A stretch of DNA of 39,941 nucleotides from Candidatus Woesearchaeota archaeon CG10_big_fil_rev_8_21_14_0_10_32_9 (GCA_002762915.1 PCYF01000029.1:1-39941), one strand, 5' to 3'; positions 8,853 to 18,292 are shown, counted from the stretch's first letter. Made by a program: numbers and translations. Notes: generated by a model not told the origin, from the letters alone.

Positions 8853-9755
8853 ATGCGTTTAAACAAAAAAGGATCTGCAGATGTAGACAACACTTTACAG
8901 AAGAATCTTTTCATATTTGCAGAATTGGCTGTTTCAATGATTATCTTGATTGCTGCAGGATCAGTTGCAATAAATAAAATGCAAGATGCAGAAAATATGG
9001 TTTTAGCTAAAGATGTAGCATTTCTAATAGAGACAATAAGCGCATCACCTTACAAGTTATACTATTCTTATCCTGTTAATTTGGAAACAAAAACAATAAA
9101 TGTGGATGAAGGAAGTGTAACAATCTCCTCGACAAAAAATACGGTGACTGAAAAATTCATGCCCATGAGAGGAGTAAGTGTTCCCAGCTCAAAAATAAGA
9201 AACACTGTATCCGTAATGTTCTTTTTCTACGAAAACATGTTAACAATAGGAGAAGGTGGCGCATCGAGTGATGAAGAATATTGCAATTCACTTCCAATTC
9301 CTAACAAAGAAGATTTAGTTTTTGCAATAACATATTCTAGTGGTTCTACTGAAAAATACTTAGAAAAAATAAAAGAAACAATGGTTCTTTCAAATAAACC
9401 TGAAGATCATTTCTTTATAGGTGAAAAAAATAATGCGGACTTCATAATAAATTTAAAATTTAATGAAAATGCAGAAAATAATAATTTAACCATAAAGTAT
9501 GATGTGACAAAGACAGGATTGTCAAGAATAGTTTGTTATCTTAACTCAGGATTTGAAGGAAATCAAAACTTCAATGAGAAAGAAAAAATTAATGATGCTC
9601 AACAAGATAAAACCCTGGCTATGTTATTTGGATCTTTGGATAAATTAAAAGAACAAATGAATCAATCAGAACCTATAGATCCACAAGTGTACACTGAAAT
9701 GGAAAAATATGGTATAATAATATCTGATGCTCTAAAAAAAGGTGTTAAAAATTGA
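8853..9755 (+). CDS. Class III signal peptide protein; C-terminal half possibly a degenerate Amidase_3-like fold
   Basis: NKKG|SADVDNTLQKNLFIFAELAVSMIILIAAG; the domain call is by eye only. Confidence 0.7.
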   Translation: MRLNKKGSADVDNTLQKNLFIFAELAVSMIILIAAGSVAINKMQDAENMVLAKDVAFLIETISASPYKLYYSYPVNLETKTINVDEGSVTISSTKNTVTEKFMPMRGVSVPSSKIRNTVSVMFFFYENMLTIGEGGASSDEEYCNSLPIPNKEDLVFAITYSSGSTEKYLEKIKETMVLSNKPEDHFFIGEKNNADFIINLKFNENAENNNLTIKYDVTKTGLSRIVCYLNSGFEGNQNFNEKEKINDAQQDKTLAMLFGSLDKLKEQMNQSEPIDPQVYTEMEKYGIIISDALKKGVKN

Positions 9756-10258
9756 ACAGAAAAAACAAATTCAAACACAAACTAAGTAAAAAAGGAGGAG
9801 ATACTGAAACAGATACTCAATTCTTCTGGACGTTCTTTGTAGTTCCAGCAATCATAATATTTTTAGCATTATCTATATATGTAATAAGTCTTCTATTAAC
9901 TAGCAAAGTCACAATTATAGAGGGGGTTAAAGACTCCGCATATGAATCAAGAGTTCTTGGTTCTCCAAATTGTTTTACGTATCAGGATGAAATAAGTGGA
10001 AGAACATACAATGGCTACATTGATTTAAAAAAATTTAATGACGAAAGATTTAGAGAATGTTTTAGTACAAAAGAAACTGGACAAAGAGGAATAATTTTGC
10101 TTTTAAATTATGAAAATGATGAAATAGAGTTGACTACTGATAATATAAAATCAAAAATCAGCTCAACACAAAAAACAACAAAACTTCTACCAGTTCACGT
10201 CGTAGAAAAAAATGGAACAATTGCTCAAGGATTGATAAGTATAATTTATTGGTATTAA
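9752..10258 (+). CDS. Class III signal peptide protein (minor pilin-like)
   Basis: SKKG|GDTETDTQFFWTFFVVPAIIIFLAL; TTG start overlapping the upstream TGA. Confidence 0.75.
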   Translation: MNRKNKFKHKLSKKGGDTETDTQFFWTFFVVPAIIIFLALSIYVISLLLTSKVTIIEGVKDSAYESRVLGSPNCFTYQDEISGRTYNGYIDLKKFNDERFRECFSTKETGQRGIILLLNYENDEIELTTDNIKSKISSTQKTTKLLPVHVVEKNGTIAQGLISIIYWY

Positions 10259-10259
10259 T

Positions 10260-10808
10260 ATGAAACAAGAACTAAAGATTGTTGGAAAAAAAGGAACAAT
10301 GGATGATTTTGGGGAATTATTAGTTGGAGGAATCATGATAACTGTTCTTTTAGTTGTATTAATAATCTTAATAGCAGCTAATACCGATCAAAAGAAAATT
10401 CAAACAGATTTCGATTTGAAAATGCAAGAAACTGTGAAAATTACTAGACTTATGTTGGATCAAGAAACAGAAACCGGAGAAAAAATATTTGAGATAATAA
10501 TCAAACAAGAAGATACTAGAGACTACAAGCCTGCGGGTATTGCACTCAACAAAACACTTGACAAACTTTATGGAGCATCAAAAGGAACTTGGGTCTTAAT
10601 AATAAAGGATCCAAAAATAGAATATTGGGAATACTTAAAGAGTGATCCTTCTGTAAAAATTCCCAATGGTTTAACAAATCTTCCGGGAGTAAGTATTCCT
10701 GATGGAAATGGAGATATAATTAATGTAACAATAAAAAAAATAGACAAAACTGATGATTTTTTGCAGAACGTAAATTGGAATTTAGCGCTAAGCAGAGGAA
10801 TTCAATAA
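10260..10808 (+). CDS. Class III signal peptide protein (minor pilin-like)
   Basis: GKKG|TMDDFGELLVGGIMITVLLVVLII; starts 1 nt after the upstream stop. Confidence 0.75.
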   Translation: MKQELKIVGKKGTMDDFGELLVGGIMITVLLVVLIILIAANTDQKKIQTDFDLKMQETVKITRLMLDQETETGEKIFEIIIKQEDTRDYKPAGIALNKTLDKLYGASKGTWVLIIKDPKIEYWEYLKSDPSVKIPNGLTNLPGVSIPDGNGDIINVTIKKIDKTDDFLQNVNWNLALSRGIQ

Positions 10809-10843
10809 ACTGATAATAAATATTTGGTAGTCAAAACTTGAAA

Positions 10844-13800
10844 ATGAAAAAAATAATAAACGGAAAAAAAGGTGCAATATTCTTCTACTTCTTAGCTTTA
10901 ATACTATTATTTATGATCGGATACTCAATAATATTCATGAATAAAAATGTCTCTAATCTTGATTACGTTGGTTCCTCTCAAAAAAAAATAATTGATGCCT
11001 ATGAGCTAGCAGAAAGATCTATGCTATATTTAGATATAAATGTAAAACTATCTGCGGATAGAGCAATAATAACTTCAAATCAAAAAGGAGGATTTACGGC
11101 CGGACAAGATGAAGATACAAAAAAAGAATATCCTTGCGGAATAATAGTATATCCTCTTATTAATGATGGACAAGAATTAGACAAATGTGCTCCTTCATAT
11201 TATGAATCGCTAAAAGAAGAATTCCTAAATGAATTCAAAAAAGCAACTTACGTATATCCAGAATTGCCTTTGTATTCCTACTCTTATGATGCGCTAGTAA
11301 GCAAAAATTCTGAAGATTTGCAATTAAAAATATTTTCCATATCGCCATTGAAAATTCCAATTTACTCTGAAACTGCGGCATACTATGATCCTCAACAAAT
11401 AGCACAAAAAACAGCATCTAATATACTTCCAGGAACATTTGTGGACACGCCCGAAGGATACAAAAAAACATCAGGATATTCAAGTTTATCTAGAGGATCA
11501 TCAGTTATTGATACGATAGTTATACATTATACTGCAGGATCGACAGTGCAATCCGCACTTGATACACTATCAAGTGCAGGTTTGAGTTATCACTTTATTA
11601 TCGATAAAGATGGAACAATATATCAGTTAGTTGAAGAAGATGAATCCGCACAACATGCAGGTTGTTATAGGAACGGTGTTAAAAAGAAAGGCTGTATAGA
11701 TGGTTACAACTCAAGATCAATAGGAATAAGTTTTGTCAACTTAGGATGGGATACTAAAAATAAAAATGTTCAATGCACTGACATTGCTGAAAAGTGTTGG
11801 GAAGTATATACGGACCAACAAATGAATGCTCTGGCAAAATTACTGATAGAAATACAAGAAAGACAAATTCAAAAAAGAAATAATCTAGAATTAAATGATG
11901 CAACAATAATATATCATTCAGACATAAGTCCGGATAAGCAAGATCCTGGTCCGGCGTTCGATAAACAAAAATTATTGAATTTGATACAAACACTAAAACA
12001 AAACGCAGGACAACCTACTTCTGCACCTAATTTAGCCACAAATACTAATACTCCGCAAACACAATCAACCAATTTTATAAAAGATCAAAAAGTAACAGAA
12101 CAAGAAGCAGCACAATTGCACGCATCAGTTAATTACGAGGACATAAAAAATAAAAAACCAACTTTCTCTGTTGTGCCAACTGTTTATTATACTGCAGTTT
12201 ATGAAGATACACAAAATTGGTGTTCTCCAACAAAAGGAGATTGTTTTACAAGCAAGTCGCAAATAGGCGATTTTTACAAAGACGCTTCCTCAAAACAATC
12301 ATGTTTGGCTGCGGGCGGAGGATTCTGTTGTATTAATAGAGCAGATAGAGGATTTTATGAGGACACACTATGTCAAGGGAGCGGAATATATGCAACCCAA
12401 CTTTACAAATACAATACTATTGAACCAACTCAAACCGCGAGCAAATCAATTAAGGGATACGTTCGTGGCCAAACTTCGTCAGGAACAGATCCTATAAGAC
12501 AATGGACTGTAGCTGTAAACACTGATCCTAAATCAAATTGTTATGTTCCAGAGAATACACTAATGTATGTATACTTTGGAGAAGGAAATTCTTGGAATGG
12601 AGTTTACAGAGCAGAAGATACAGGAGCTGCTTTTACAGGACAATGTAAAATGGATTTCTATGGTGGTGTTGGAGTTACACAATTAAATGATGCCATGAAA
12701 TATGTAGATCCTGCTAAATCTGCCCAAGTATTTTTCCTTGATCAAAATCTAAATTATGTTCCTTCAGGAGCTTTATCATCTAACGGAGTGTCTGCACAAA
12801 CAGGAGAAATAACAGTTCCATATACCTTTACATATTTGTTAAAAGGCGCATCAGAAATATATGATTTAACTCAAAAATTTGTAAAAGATACAATTTCTGA
12901 ATGTTCAAAAAAATCATATGATCAAAAACAAGAATGTCTAGATGATCAAATAAATGCAACTAAAACAACCAACTTAAAGGTTGATAGACTTTGTTTAGAA
13001 CCAGGCTTTTTACCAGCAATAAATTTAACTGATTTAGAAAAAACATATACTTCTTGGAATACAATAATTAAAGTTGCTGGACAAATAGATAGAAAAGATC
13101 CTCAGCAAACAACTACTACAACCTCAACAAGTAAGAAAGAAGGAGCAGTTGAATTTACAACGTCAGGCTATTTATATTTAACACAAATTCCGTCTAATGA
13201 GCCTATAGTTCTGAAATTCTTAGATGAAGATGCGTTGCCAGAAAACTTTAACTGGGCAGAATTTATTGCGCAAGATTACGTAGAATTTTCATATGTAAGA
13301 GTATTAAGTGTAGATAAAACAAAAAATGAAATAACAGTAAAAGCGTTTGATCCTCTAAAAGATAAGGACAAACAAGCAGAAGATATAAAGATAAATCCAG
13401 GGTATTTCCTTCGAGAAATAGTTAAAAGTACAGCTCTTGATCTTGCAGAGTGTTCAACATCAAAACAAGATGAATGTAAATGTAATATAACAATATGGGG
13501 CTTGTTTGAGAATGTGAGTTTTGCTGATGGCAAAATGTCTTTCACAAACATGAGTGAAGGTAATTATGTAGAATTATCCTTAAAGATATATGAACAAAAT
13601 GAAACGATATCAAACAACATTACAAATTCAAGTAATGTGGCGTTCACAAAGAAGCTGAAATATACTGAATTAAGATTTAAGAAAAATAAAGATGGAAGTT
13701 TCACATATATCAACGAAGATTATGAACCAAATCTTGCAACGTGTGTTCCAGAGAATAGATATTATTTGATGTGTATGGCTGAAAATAAAACATCTGCAAA

Positions 13801-13870
13801 GTCTGCAACTGCTCAAGCAGGAGTCGCAGTAATAGACGACGAAGCACTAAGATTTTCAATCAAAATATAA
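10844..13870 (+). CDS. Large prepilin-like protein with N-acetylmuramoyl-L-alanine amidase (Amidase_2) and 3D (MltA-like) domains
   Basis: GKKG|AIFFYFLALILLFMIG. Amidase motifs IDTIVIHYTAG, SYHFIIDKDGTIYQ, AQHAG, NSRSIGI, TDQQMNAL, IIYHSDI, KQDPG (~11480-11990). 3D motifs TVYYT, QTSSGT, TVAVNTDP, YRAEDTGAAFTGQCKMDFYGG (~12160-12740). ATG 10844 preferred over TTG 10838. Confidence 0.9.
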   Translation: MKKIINGKKGAIFFYFLALILLFMIGYSIIFMNKNVSNLDYVGSSQKKIIDAYELAERSMLYLDINVKLSADRAIITSNQKGGFTAGQDEDTKKEYPCGIIVYPLINDGQELDKCAPSYYESLKEEFLNEFKKATYVYPELPLYSYSYDALVSKNSEDLQLKIFSISPLKIPIYSETAAYYDPQQIAQKTASNILPGTFVDTPEGYKKTSGYSSLSRGSSVIDTIVIHYTAGSTVQSALDTLSSAGLSYHFIIDKDGTIYQLVEEDESAQHAGCYRNGVKKKGCIDGYNSRSIGISFVNLGWDTKNKNVQCTDIAEKCWEVYTDQQMNALAKLLIEIQERQIQKRNNLELNDATIIYHSDISPDKQDPGPAFDKQKLLNLIQTLKQNAGQPTSAPNLATNTNTPQTQSTNFIKDQKVTEQEAAQLHASVNYEDIKNKKPTFSVVPTVYYTAVYEDTQNWCSPTKGDCFTSKSQIGDFYKDASSKQSCLAAGGGFCCINRADRGFYEDTLCQGSGIYATQLYKYNTIEPTQTASKSIKGYVRGQTSSGTDPIRQWTVAVNTDPKSNCYVPENTLMYVYFGEGNSWNGVYRAEDTGAAFTGQCKMDFYGGVGVTQLNDAMKYVDPAKSAQVFFLDQNLNYVPSGALSSNGVSAQTGEITVPYTFTYLLKGASEIYDLTQKFVKDTISECSKKSYDQKQECLDDQINATKTTNLKVDRLCLEPGFLPAINLTDLEKTYTSWNTIIKVAGQIDRKDPQQTTTTTSTSKKEGAVEFTTSGYLYLTQIPSNEPIVLKFLDEDALPENFNWAEFIAQDYVEFSYVRVLSVDKTKNEITVKAFDPLKDKDKQAEDIKINPGYFLREIVKSTALDLAECSTSKQDECKCNITIWGLFENVSFADGKMSFTNMSEGNYVELSLKIYEQNETISNNITNSSNVAFTKKLKYTELRFKKNKDGSFTYINEDYEPNLATCVPENRYYLMCMAENKTSAKSATAQAGVAVIDDEALRFSIKI

Positions 13871-13937
13871 ACTAAATTACAGTAAACTATATAAATCAAG
13901 AGTCAGGCCTTAGCCTTTAGGGGGATTAAAAATTAAC

Positions 13938-15080
13938 ATGATAAATGTGCCGCTAGAAGTAATAATAGAAAAAATAACTGAAAAAACAAATCTTTCTAAA
14001 CAAGAAATAGAGGCCAAAATAAAATCAAAGCTTGAACAACTTTCAGGACTTATAAGTAAAGAAGGAGCAGCGCACATAATTGCAAATGAGCTTGGAGTTA
14101 ATTTAGCACAAACTCAAGGAATAATTTCTATTAAAGATTTACTTGCAGGAATGAGAGATTTAGAAATAGCAGGTAAAGTCATAAAAAAATACGAACTTAG
14201 AACATTCGATACAGGAAAAAGAAAAGGACAACTTGCTAAATTCTTATTTGCTGATAAAACCGGAACAACAATAGTTGTGATGTGGAATGATCAAGCAGAA
14301 TTAATAAACACATTCAAGGAAGGAGACATTTTAAAGATTGCGGGAGCCACAGCCAGAAGTAATAATGGTAAGAATGAACTGCATCTATCTGAATCATCTA
14401 CAATAGAGACAAATCCTGCGGGAATAAAAATAGAAACGCAAGAAACTTCTTCAACGTATCAATCAAACTATAATAAACCTGTTTCTAAAAAAATATCAGA
14501 ATTAAATGAACAGGATTCAAATGTTGAAATATTTGCAACAATAGTACAAGTATTTGATCCAAAGTTTTTTAGAGTTGATTCAGAAACCGGAAAAAGAATA
14601 AAAGAAGAAGACTCTAAAGATTCAAGTAAAGAAACTTTCAACTACGTTTTAAATATATTTGTGGACGACGGTTCTGATAATGTAAGAACAGTTTTGTGGA
14701 AAAACCAAATAATAAACTTATTAGGTCAAACAGATCAAGAAATATTGAAATATAAAGATCATCCAGAAGAATTCGAAAAAATAAAAACAGATTTGTTAGG
14801 AATGATGGTTAAATTTATAGGAAGAGTATCAAAAAACGAATTATTTGGAAGATTAGAATTTGTTGCTAATGTTGTAATAAAAGATGTAAAACCAGAAGAC
14901 GAAATAAAAAAATTAGATTCTAGCGCTTCGGAAAAAAAAGAAACAGTAGAAGCTTCAAAACCCGAACAGAAAAAAGAAGTAAAAAAAGAAACGCCTAAAA
15001 AAGAAGAATCCAAAAAAGACGATTTAGATGATGATTTACTTTCTCTCGAGGATATAGAAGATTTAGAAGAAGATCTTTAG
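13938..15080 (+). CDS. rpa: Replication protein A (OB-fold ssDNA-binding protein)
   Basis: N-terminal LSGLISKEGAAHIIANELGV, two OB folds (ADKTGTTIVVMWND; DDGSDNVRTVLW), acidic tail; TATA at 13888 and G-rich SD. Confidence 0.85.
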   Translation: MINVPLEVIIEKITEKTNLSKQEIEAKIKSKLEQLSGLISKEGAAHIIANELGVNLAQTQGIISIKDLLAGMRDLEIAGKVIKKYELRTFDTGKRKGQLAKFLFADKTGTTIVVMWNDQAELINTFKEGDILKIAGATARSNNGKNELHLSESSTIETNPAGIKIETQETSSTYQSNYNKPVSKKISELNEQDSNVEIFATIVQVFDPKFFRVDSETGKRIKEEDSKDSSKETFNYVLNIFVDDGSDNVRTVLWKNQIINLLGQTDQEILKYKDHPEEFEKIKTDLLGMMVKFIGRVSKNELFGRLEFVANVVIKDVKPEDEIKKLDSSASEKKETVEASKPEQKKEVKKETPKKEESKKDDLDDDLLSLEDIEDLEEDL

Positions 15081-15126
15081 AAGGATATTTAATAAGGACG
15101 ACCTTAGTAAGTTAGTAAATTGTTGT

Positions 15127-17100
15127 TTACTTCTGAGTATATTTCTCCAAGAATTTAATTGCACTTATTCTTGACTTTCTTTTTACTTTTCTTGCAAGAT
15201 AAGGTTCTCTTAAATCGTTCTTTAACCAATTAGCGAAAACATTATTTGGTTTTGTAAATGTTTTATAATCTGCATCATCAATATTTCTCAAAGCATCCAA
15301 AAGATCAAGAAGATTTCTAACTACCACATTTTTGCTCTCCAATCTTAAGTATTGTTCTTCAGGAACATTAATTATGGCTAGTCCAGATTTCTTCTTTCCT
15401 CCACCAATTCTGCTTGCCGAATTAATCTTTCTAATAATTATAGTTATTGCAACAAGCACTATTGAAATACCTGCCAGAATAATCATTTCTAAGTAAAGCT
15501 TCTCAAAAGAAGAATTAAACAACATAGCTTTTCTAATTCCTTCAGAGGCAATAACATAAGGATTGTATTTAGCAATACTCTGAATGCCATGAGATAAAGT
15601 TTCTAAAGGTAAAATAAGATTTGAAAGAAAAATCAGAATAGAACCTATTCCTATAGACGTCATAGTCATACCTTCCGAGGTGCTGAAAATATTTCCAATT
15701 AGCATTCCTAAAGCTACAGACATAGTTATTCCCAAGAATAACATTGCTGCACTAATTCCAAGATTCGAAAGTACAGGAACCTTCAAAGCAAAATAAGCTA
15801 ATACTAAAATTGTGATTGTTTGAATTAAGATTATAATTAATGCAGTTAGATATGTTGAAAAAATAAATAATCCATCTCTTGTAGGTGTTGTGAAATTTCT
15901 AAACATAGCTCTTGAATCCTTTTCAATAAAAACAAGGGTACTAGAAAGCATCATTCCAACAAAAAGAATAACTAACATTAACAAATAAGGAAATGCATAA
16001 GTTGTTTTATTATTCTTTGAGGATAAAGTTTCTACTTTTGTGCTAACTGGATTAGAAATACTTCCAGATGTTGTGAAGTTAAATGCATTGATTTTGTTCA
16101 TTACATTTTCTTGTCTGGTTTTAATGTTTGCAAGATTAGTGTGAATAGTATTAAGATTAGAAGACATGGAAGAAACACTTGACAATACTGAAGATTTTAC
16201 ATCACGAGCATCACTTAATTTATCTTGTAAATCTTTTACTCCATCCTCAGCATCTTGTATGGTGCTCAAAAGAGTTGTTAAATTTGAACTAGTGTTAGTA
16301 ACAAGAAGTAATGTTTCATTTAGTGCATCTAATTTGGTTACAAAAGAATCTTTTTCAGCTAGTACAAATCCTTTGGACTCAATCTCGTCAACCAAATTAT
16401 ATCCTTGAGTGAGAGTGGCCTGAGCATCTGCTTTTAAGCTTGTGAAATCATCATCAACAGAATTACCAATATCAGTAACTCCATCAAGATTAAAATCATC
16501 TTCACTCACATCCAAATTATTTAAAGAAGATTTAGAGGAATCAGAAAGACTTTTTGAGGACTCTGCTAACGATTTCGCTTCATCAGCAAGTCTTAAACTT
16601 TCCGAAACTTCAAGTGAAGAAACAGAAACAATCGTAAGAAGATCACTAGTTAATTCATCACTAACTTCCTGACTCTCATTGCCAAGATTTAAAGTCAAAT
16701 CAGCAATTAACTGATAAACAAAATTTGTTCTAGAATTATCAACATAAAATCTAATTTCATTTGTTTTATTATTTTCCAACACAAAATTATCCGGAAAAAC
16801 TATGCAAGTTACAGTCAAACCATCTTTAATAGAATTAATACAAGAATCATTGGTATCGAAATAGATAAGATTATTTTCAGTGGTGTTTAATTGTTCTAAG
16901 TATCTTTGTGTTAAAAGATTAGATTCAGAAACCTTTACACCTATGTTTAGGGTATTTTGAGTATCATCTGTGAAACTTACACCAATTATTAAAACAATTA
17001 AAAGAGGCGCAAATAGTACTACTACTGCAGATCCTTTAGATCTTATTAGCAATTTAAAATTTTTAATTAGTGTTCTGAATAACTTCATCTTTAGCACCAT
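15127..17100 (-). CDS. ABC-2 type exporter permease with long extracellular helical region and C-terminal DUF5752-like domain
   Basis: N-terminal TM, ~300-aa extracellular segment, TM block with FLSNLILPLE...YNPY motif; start may be 17088. Confidence 0.8.
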   Translation of the reverse strand: MVLKMKLFRTLIKNFKLLIRSKGSAVVVLFAPLLIVLIIGVSFTDDTQNTLNIGVKVSESNLLTQRYLEQLNTTENNLIYFDTNDSCINSIKDGLTVTCIVFPDNFVLENNKTNEIRFYVDNSRTNFVYQLIADLTLNLGNESQEVSDELTSDLLTIVSVSSLEVSESLRLADEAKSLAESSKSLSDSSKSSLNNLDVSEDDFNLDGVTDIGNSVDDDFTSLKADAQATLTQGYNLVDEIESKGFVLAEKDSFVTKLDALNETLLLVTNTSSNLTTLLSTIQDAEDGVKDLQDKLSDARDVKSSVLSSVSSMSSNLNTIHTNLANIKTRQENVMNKINAFNFTTSGSISNPVSTKVETLSSKNNKTTYAFPYLLMLVILFVGMMLSSTLVFIEKDSRAMFRNFTTPTRDGLFIFSTYLTALIIILIQTITILVLAYFALKVPVLSNLGISAAMLFLGITMSVALGMLIGNIFSTSEGMTMTSIGIGSILIFLSNLILPLETLSHGIQSIAKYNPYVIASEGIRKAMLFNSSFEKLYLEMIILAGISIVLVAITIIIRKINSASRIGGGKKKSGLAIINVPEEQYLRLESKNVVVRNLLDLLDALRNIDDADYKTFTKPNNVFANWLKNDLREPYLARKVKRKSRISAIKFLEKYTQK

Positions 17101-18202
17101 CTTCTTTTGTGTCTGCTTTGTTTTTCTTATTATCTTCTTCGGGTTCTTTATCTTGCTTTGTTAAATTAGAGGGTTGTGATACGTTTTTCTGTTGATCTTT
17201 TTGTTTTGAATCTGAATTTTTATAATCGTTTTTCTTGTCGTTTAATGAAATAAATAACTGATCTAAACTAGGTTTAACAATTTTAATTTCTAGAACTTTT
17301 TCATTTCTTTTTTCAAGTTTACTCATAACGTTGCTAATTATCTTCTCAGGTTCTTTACACGTTAAAACTAATCGTCCACCAGTAACTTTGTGTTCAAGTA
17401 TATTCTTTTTGAAACATCGTTTCAAATAAGCGCCAGAAGATTCATAATTTGTAGGATACGTTTCAATAACTAATTCTTGATTTTTCAAATACTTACTCTT
17501 AAGTTCTTCAGGAGTCCCCTTATCAAAAACCATGCCGTCCTTAATTATAGCAATTCTAGTACAAAGAGTTTCAAGCTCATTCAAATGATGACTAGATAAT
17601 ATTACCGTAGTTCCTTTTTCATTAATTTGTTTCAACAAATCCCAGATATTATTTCTTAAAATAGGATCAAGATCTGCAGTAGGCTCGTCAAGAATAAGCA
17701 CTTGAGGATTATGAACCATGGCACAAGCAATGTCAAGTCGTCTTTCCATGCCTCCAGATAAATTCTTTCCCAAAATATAAGATGCATTATTAAGATTCAT
17801 TAATCTTAAGAGTGTTTGAACATTAGTTTGAAGAGTATCTAAAGAAAGATCATAAAGAGCTCCAAAATATGTTATGTTCTCTTTTACAGTAAGTTTCTCA
17901 TAAAAACTAGGAACTTGTGCTGCAAATCCGTAAACTCGTTTGAATTTTCTTTGTTGTCTGTAAACAGATTTGTAAATAACTTTATCAGTTCCTACCAATG
18001 CCGGTTCTTTAAACAAAACATCGCCAGAGTCAGACTTAATAAATCCTACAATACTATTAAGCAGAGTGGTCTTACCTGAACCACTGGAACCAATTATTCC
18101 AATTATCTCACCAGGATAAACATCTAACGAAATATCTCTTAGAACTTGCTTTCTACCATAGCTTTTAGAGACAGAATCAATCTTAAGTATAGGTGCTTCC
18201 AT
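17063..18202 (-). CDS. ABC transporter ATP-binding protein (multidrug/CcmA-like)
   Basis: Walker A GSSGSGKT, signature LSGGM, Walker B LILDEPT, H-loop SSHH. Confidence 0.95.
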   Translation of the reverse strand: MEAPILKIDSVSKSYGRKQVLRDISLDVYPGEIIGIIGSSGSGKTTLLNSIVGFIKSDSGDVLFKEPALVGTDKVIYKSVYRQQRKFKRVYGFAAQVPSFYEKLTVKENITYFGALYDLSLDTLQTNVQTLLRLMNLNNASYILGKNLSGGMERRLDIACAMVHNPQVLILDEPTADLDPILRNNIWDLLKQINEKGTTVILSSHHLNELETLCTRIAIIKDGMVFDKGTPEELKSKYLKNQELVIETYPTNYESSGAYLKRCFKKNILEHKVTGGRLVLTCKEPEKIISNVMSKLEKRNEKVLEIKIVKPSLDQLFISLNDKKNDYKNSDSKQKDQQKNVSQPSNLTKQDKEPEEDNKKNKADTKEDGAKDEVIQNTN

Positions 18203-18292
18203 GAAAAAAATAGAAATCTAGGAGTTTTTAAACTTTGTTCTTTGTGCAGCTATAGAAATTCTTTCCGTCAATCTCCTTTAATCACTTCTGAA

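Noticed and set aside
748-13870. Archaellum (flagellin) operon
   Set aside because: No archaellin-like mature N-termini and no arlH/I/J-like genes.
10844-13870. Prophage endolysin or bacterial contamination
   Set aside because: No viral genes nearby; the gene has the same class III leader and composition as its neighbours and is followed directly by archaeal rpa.
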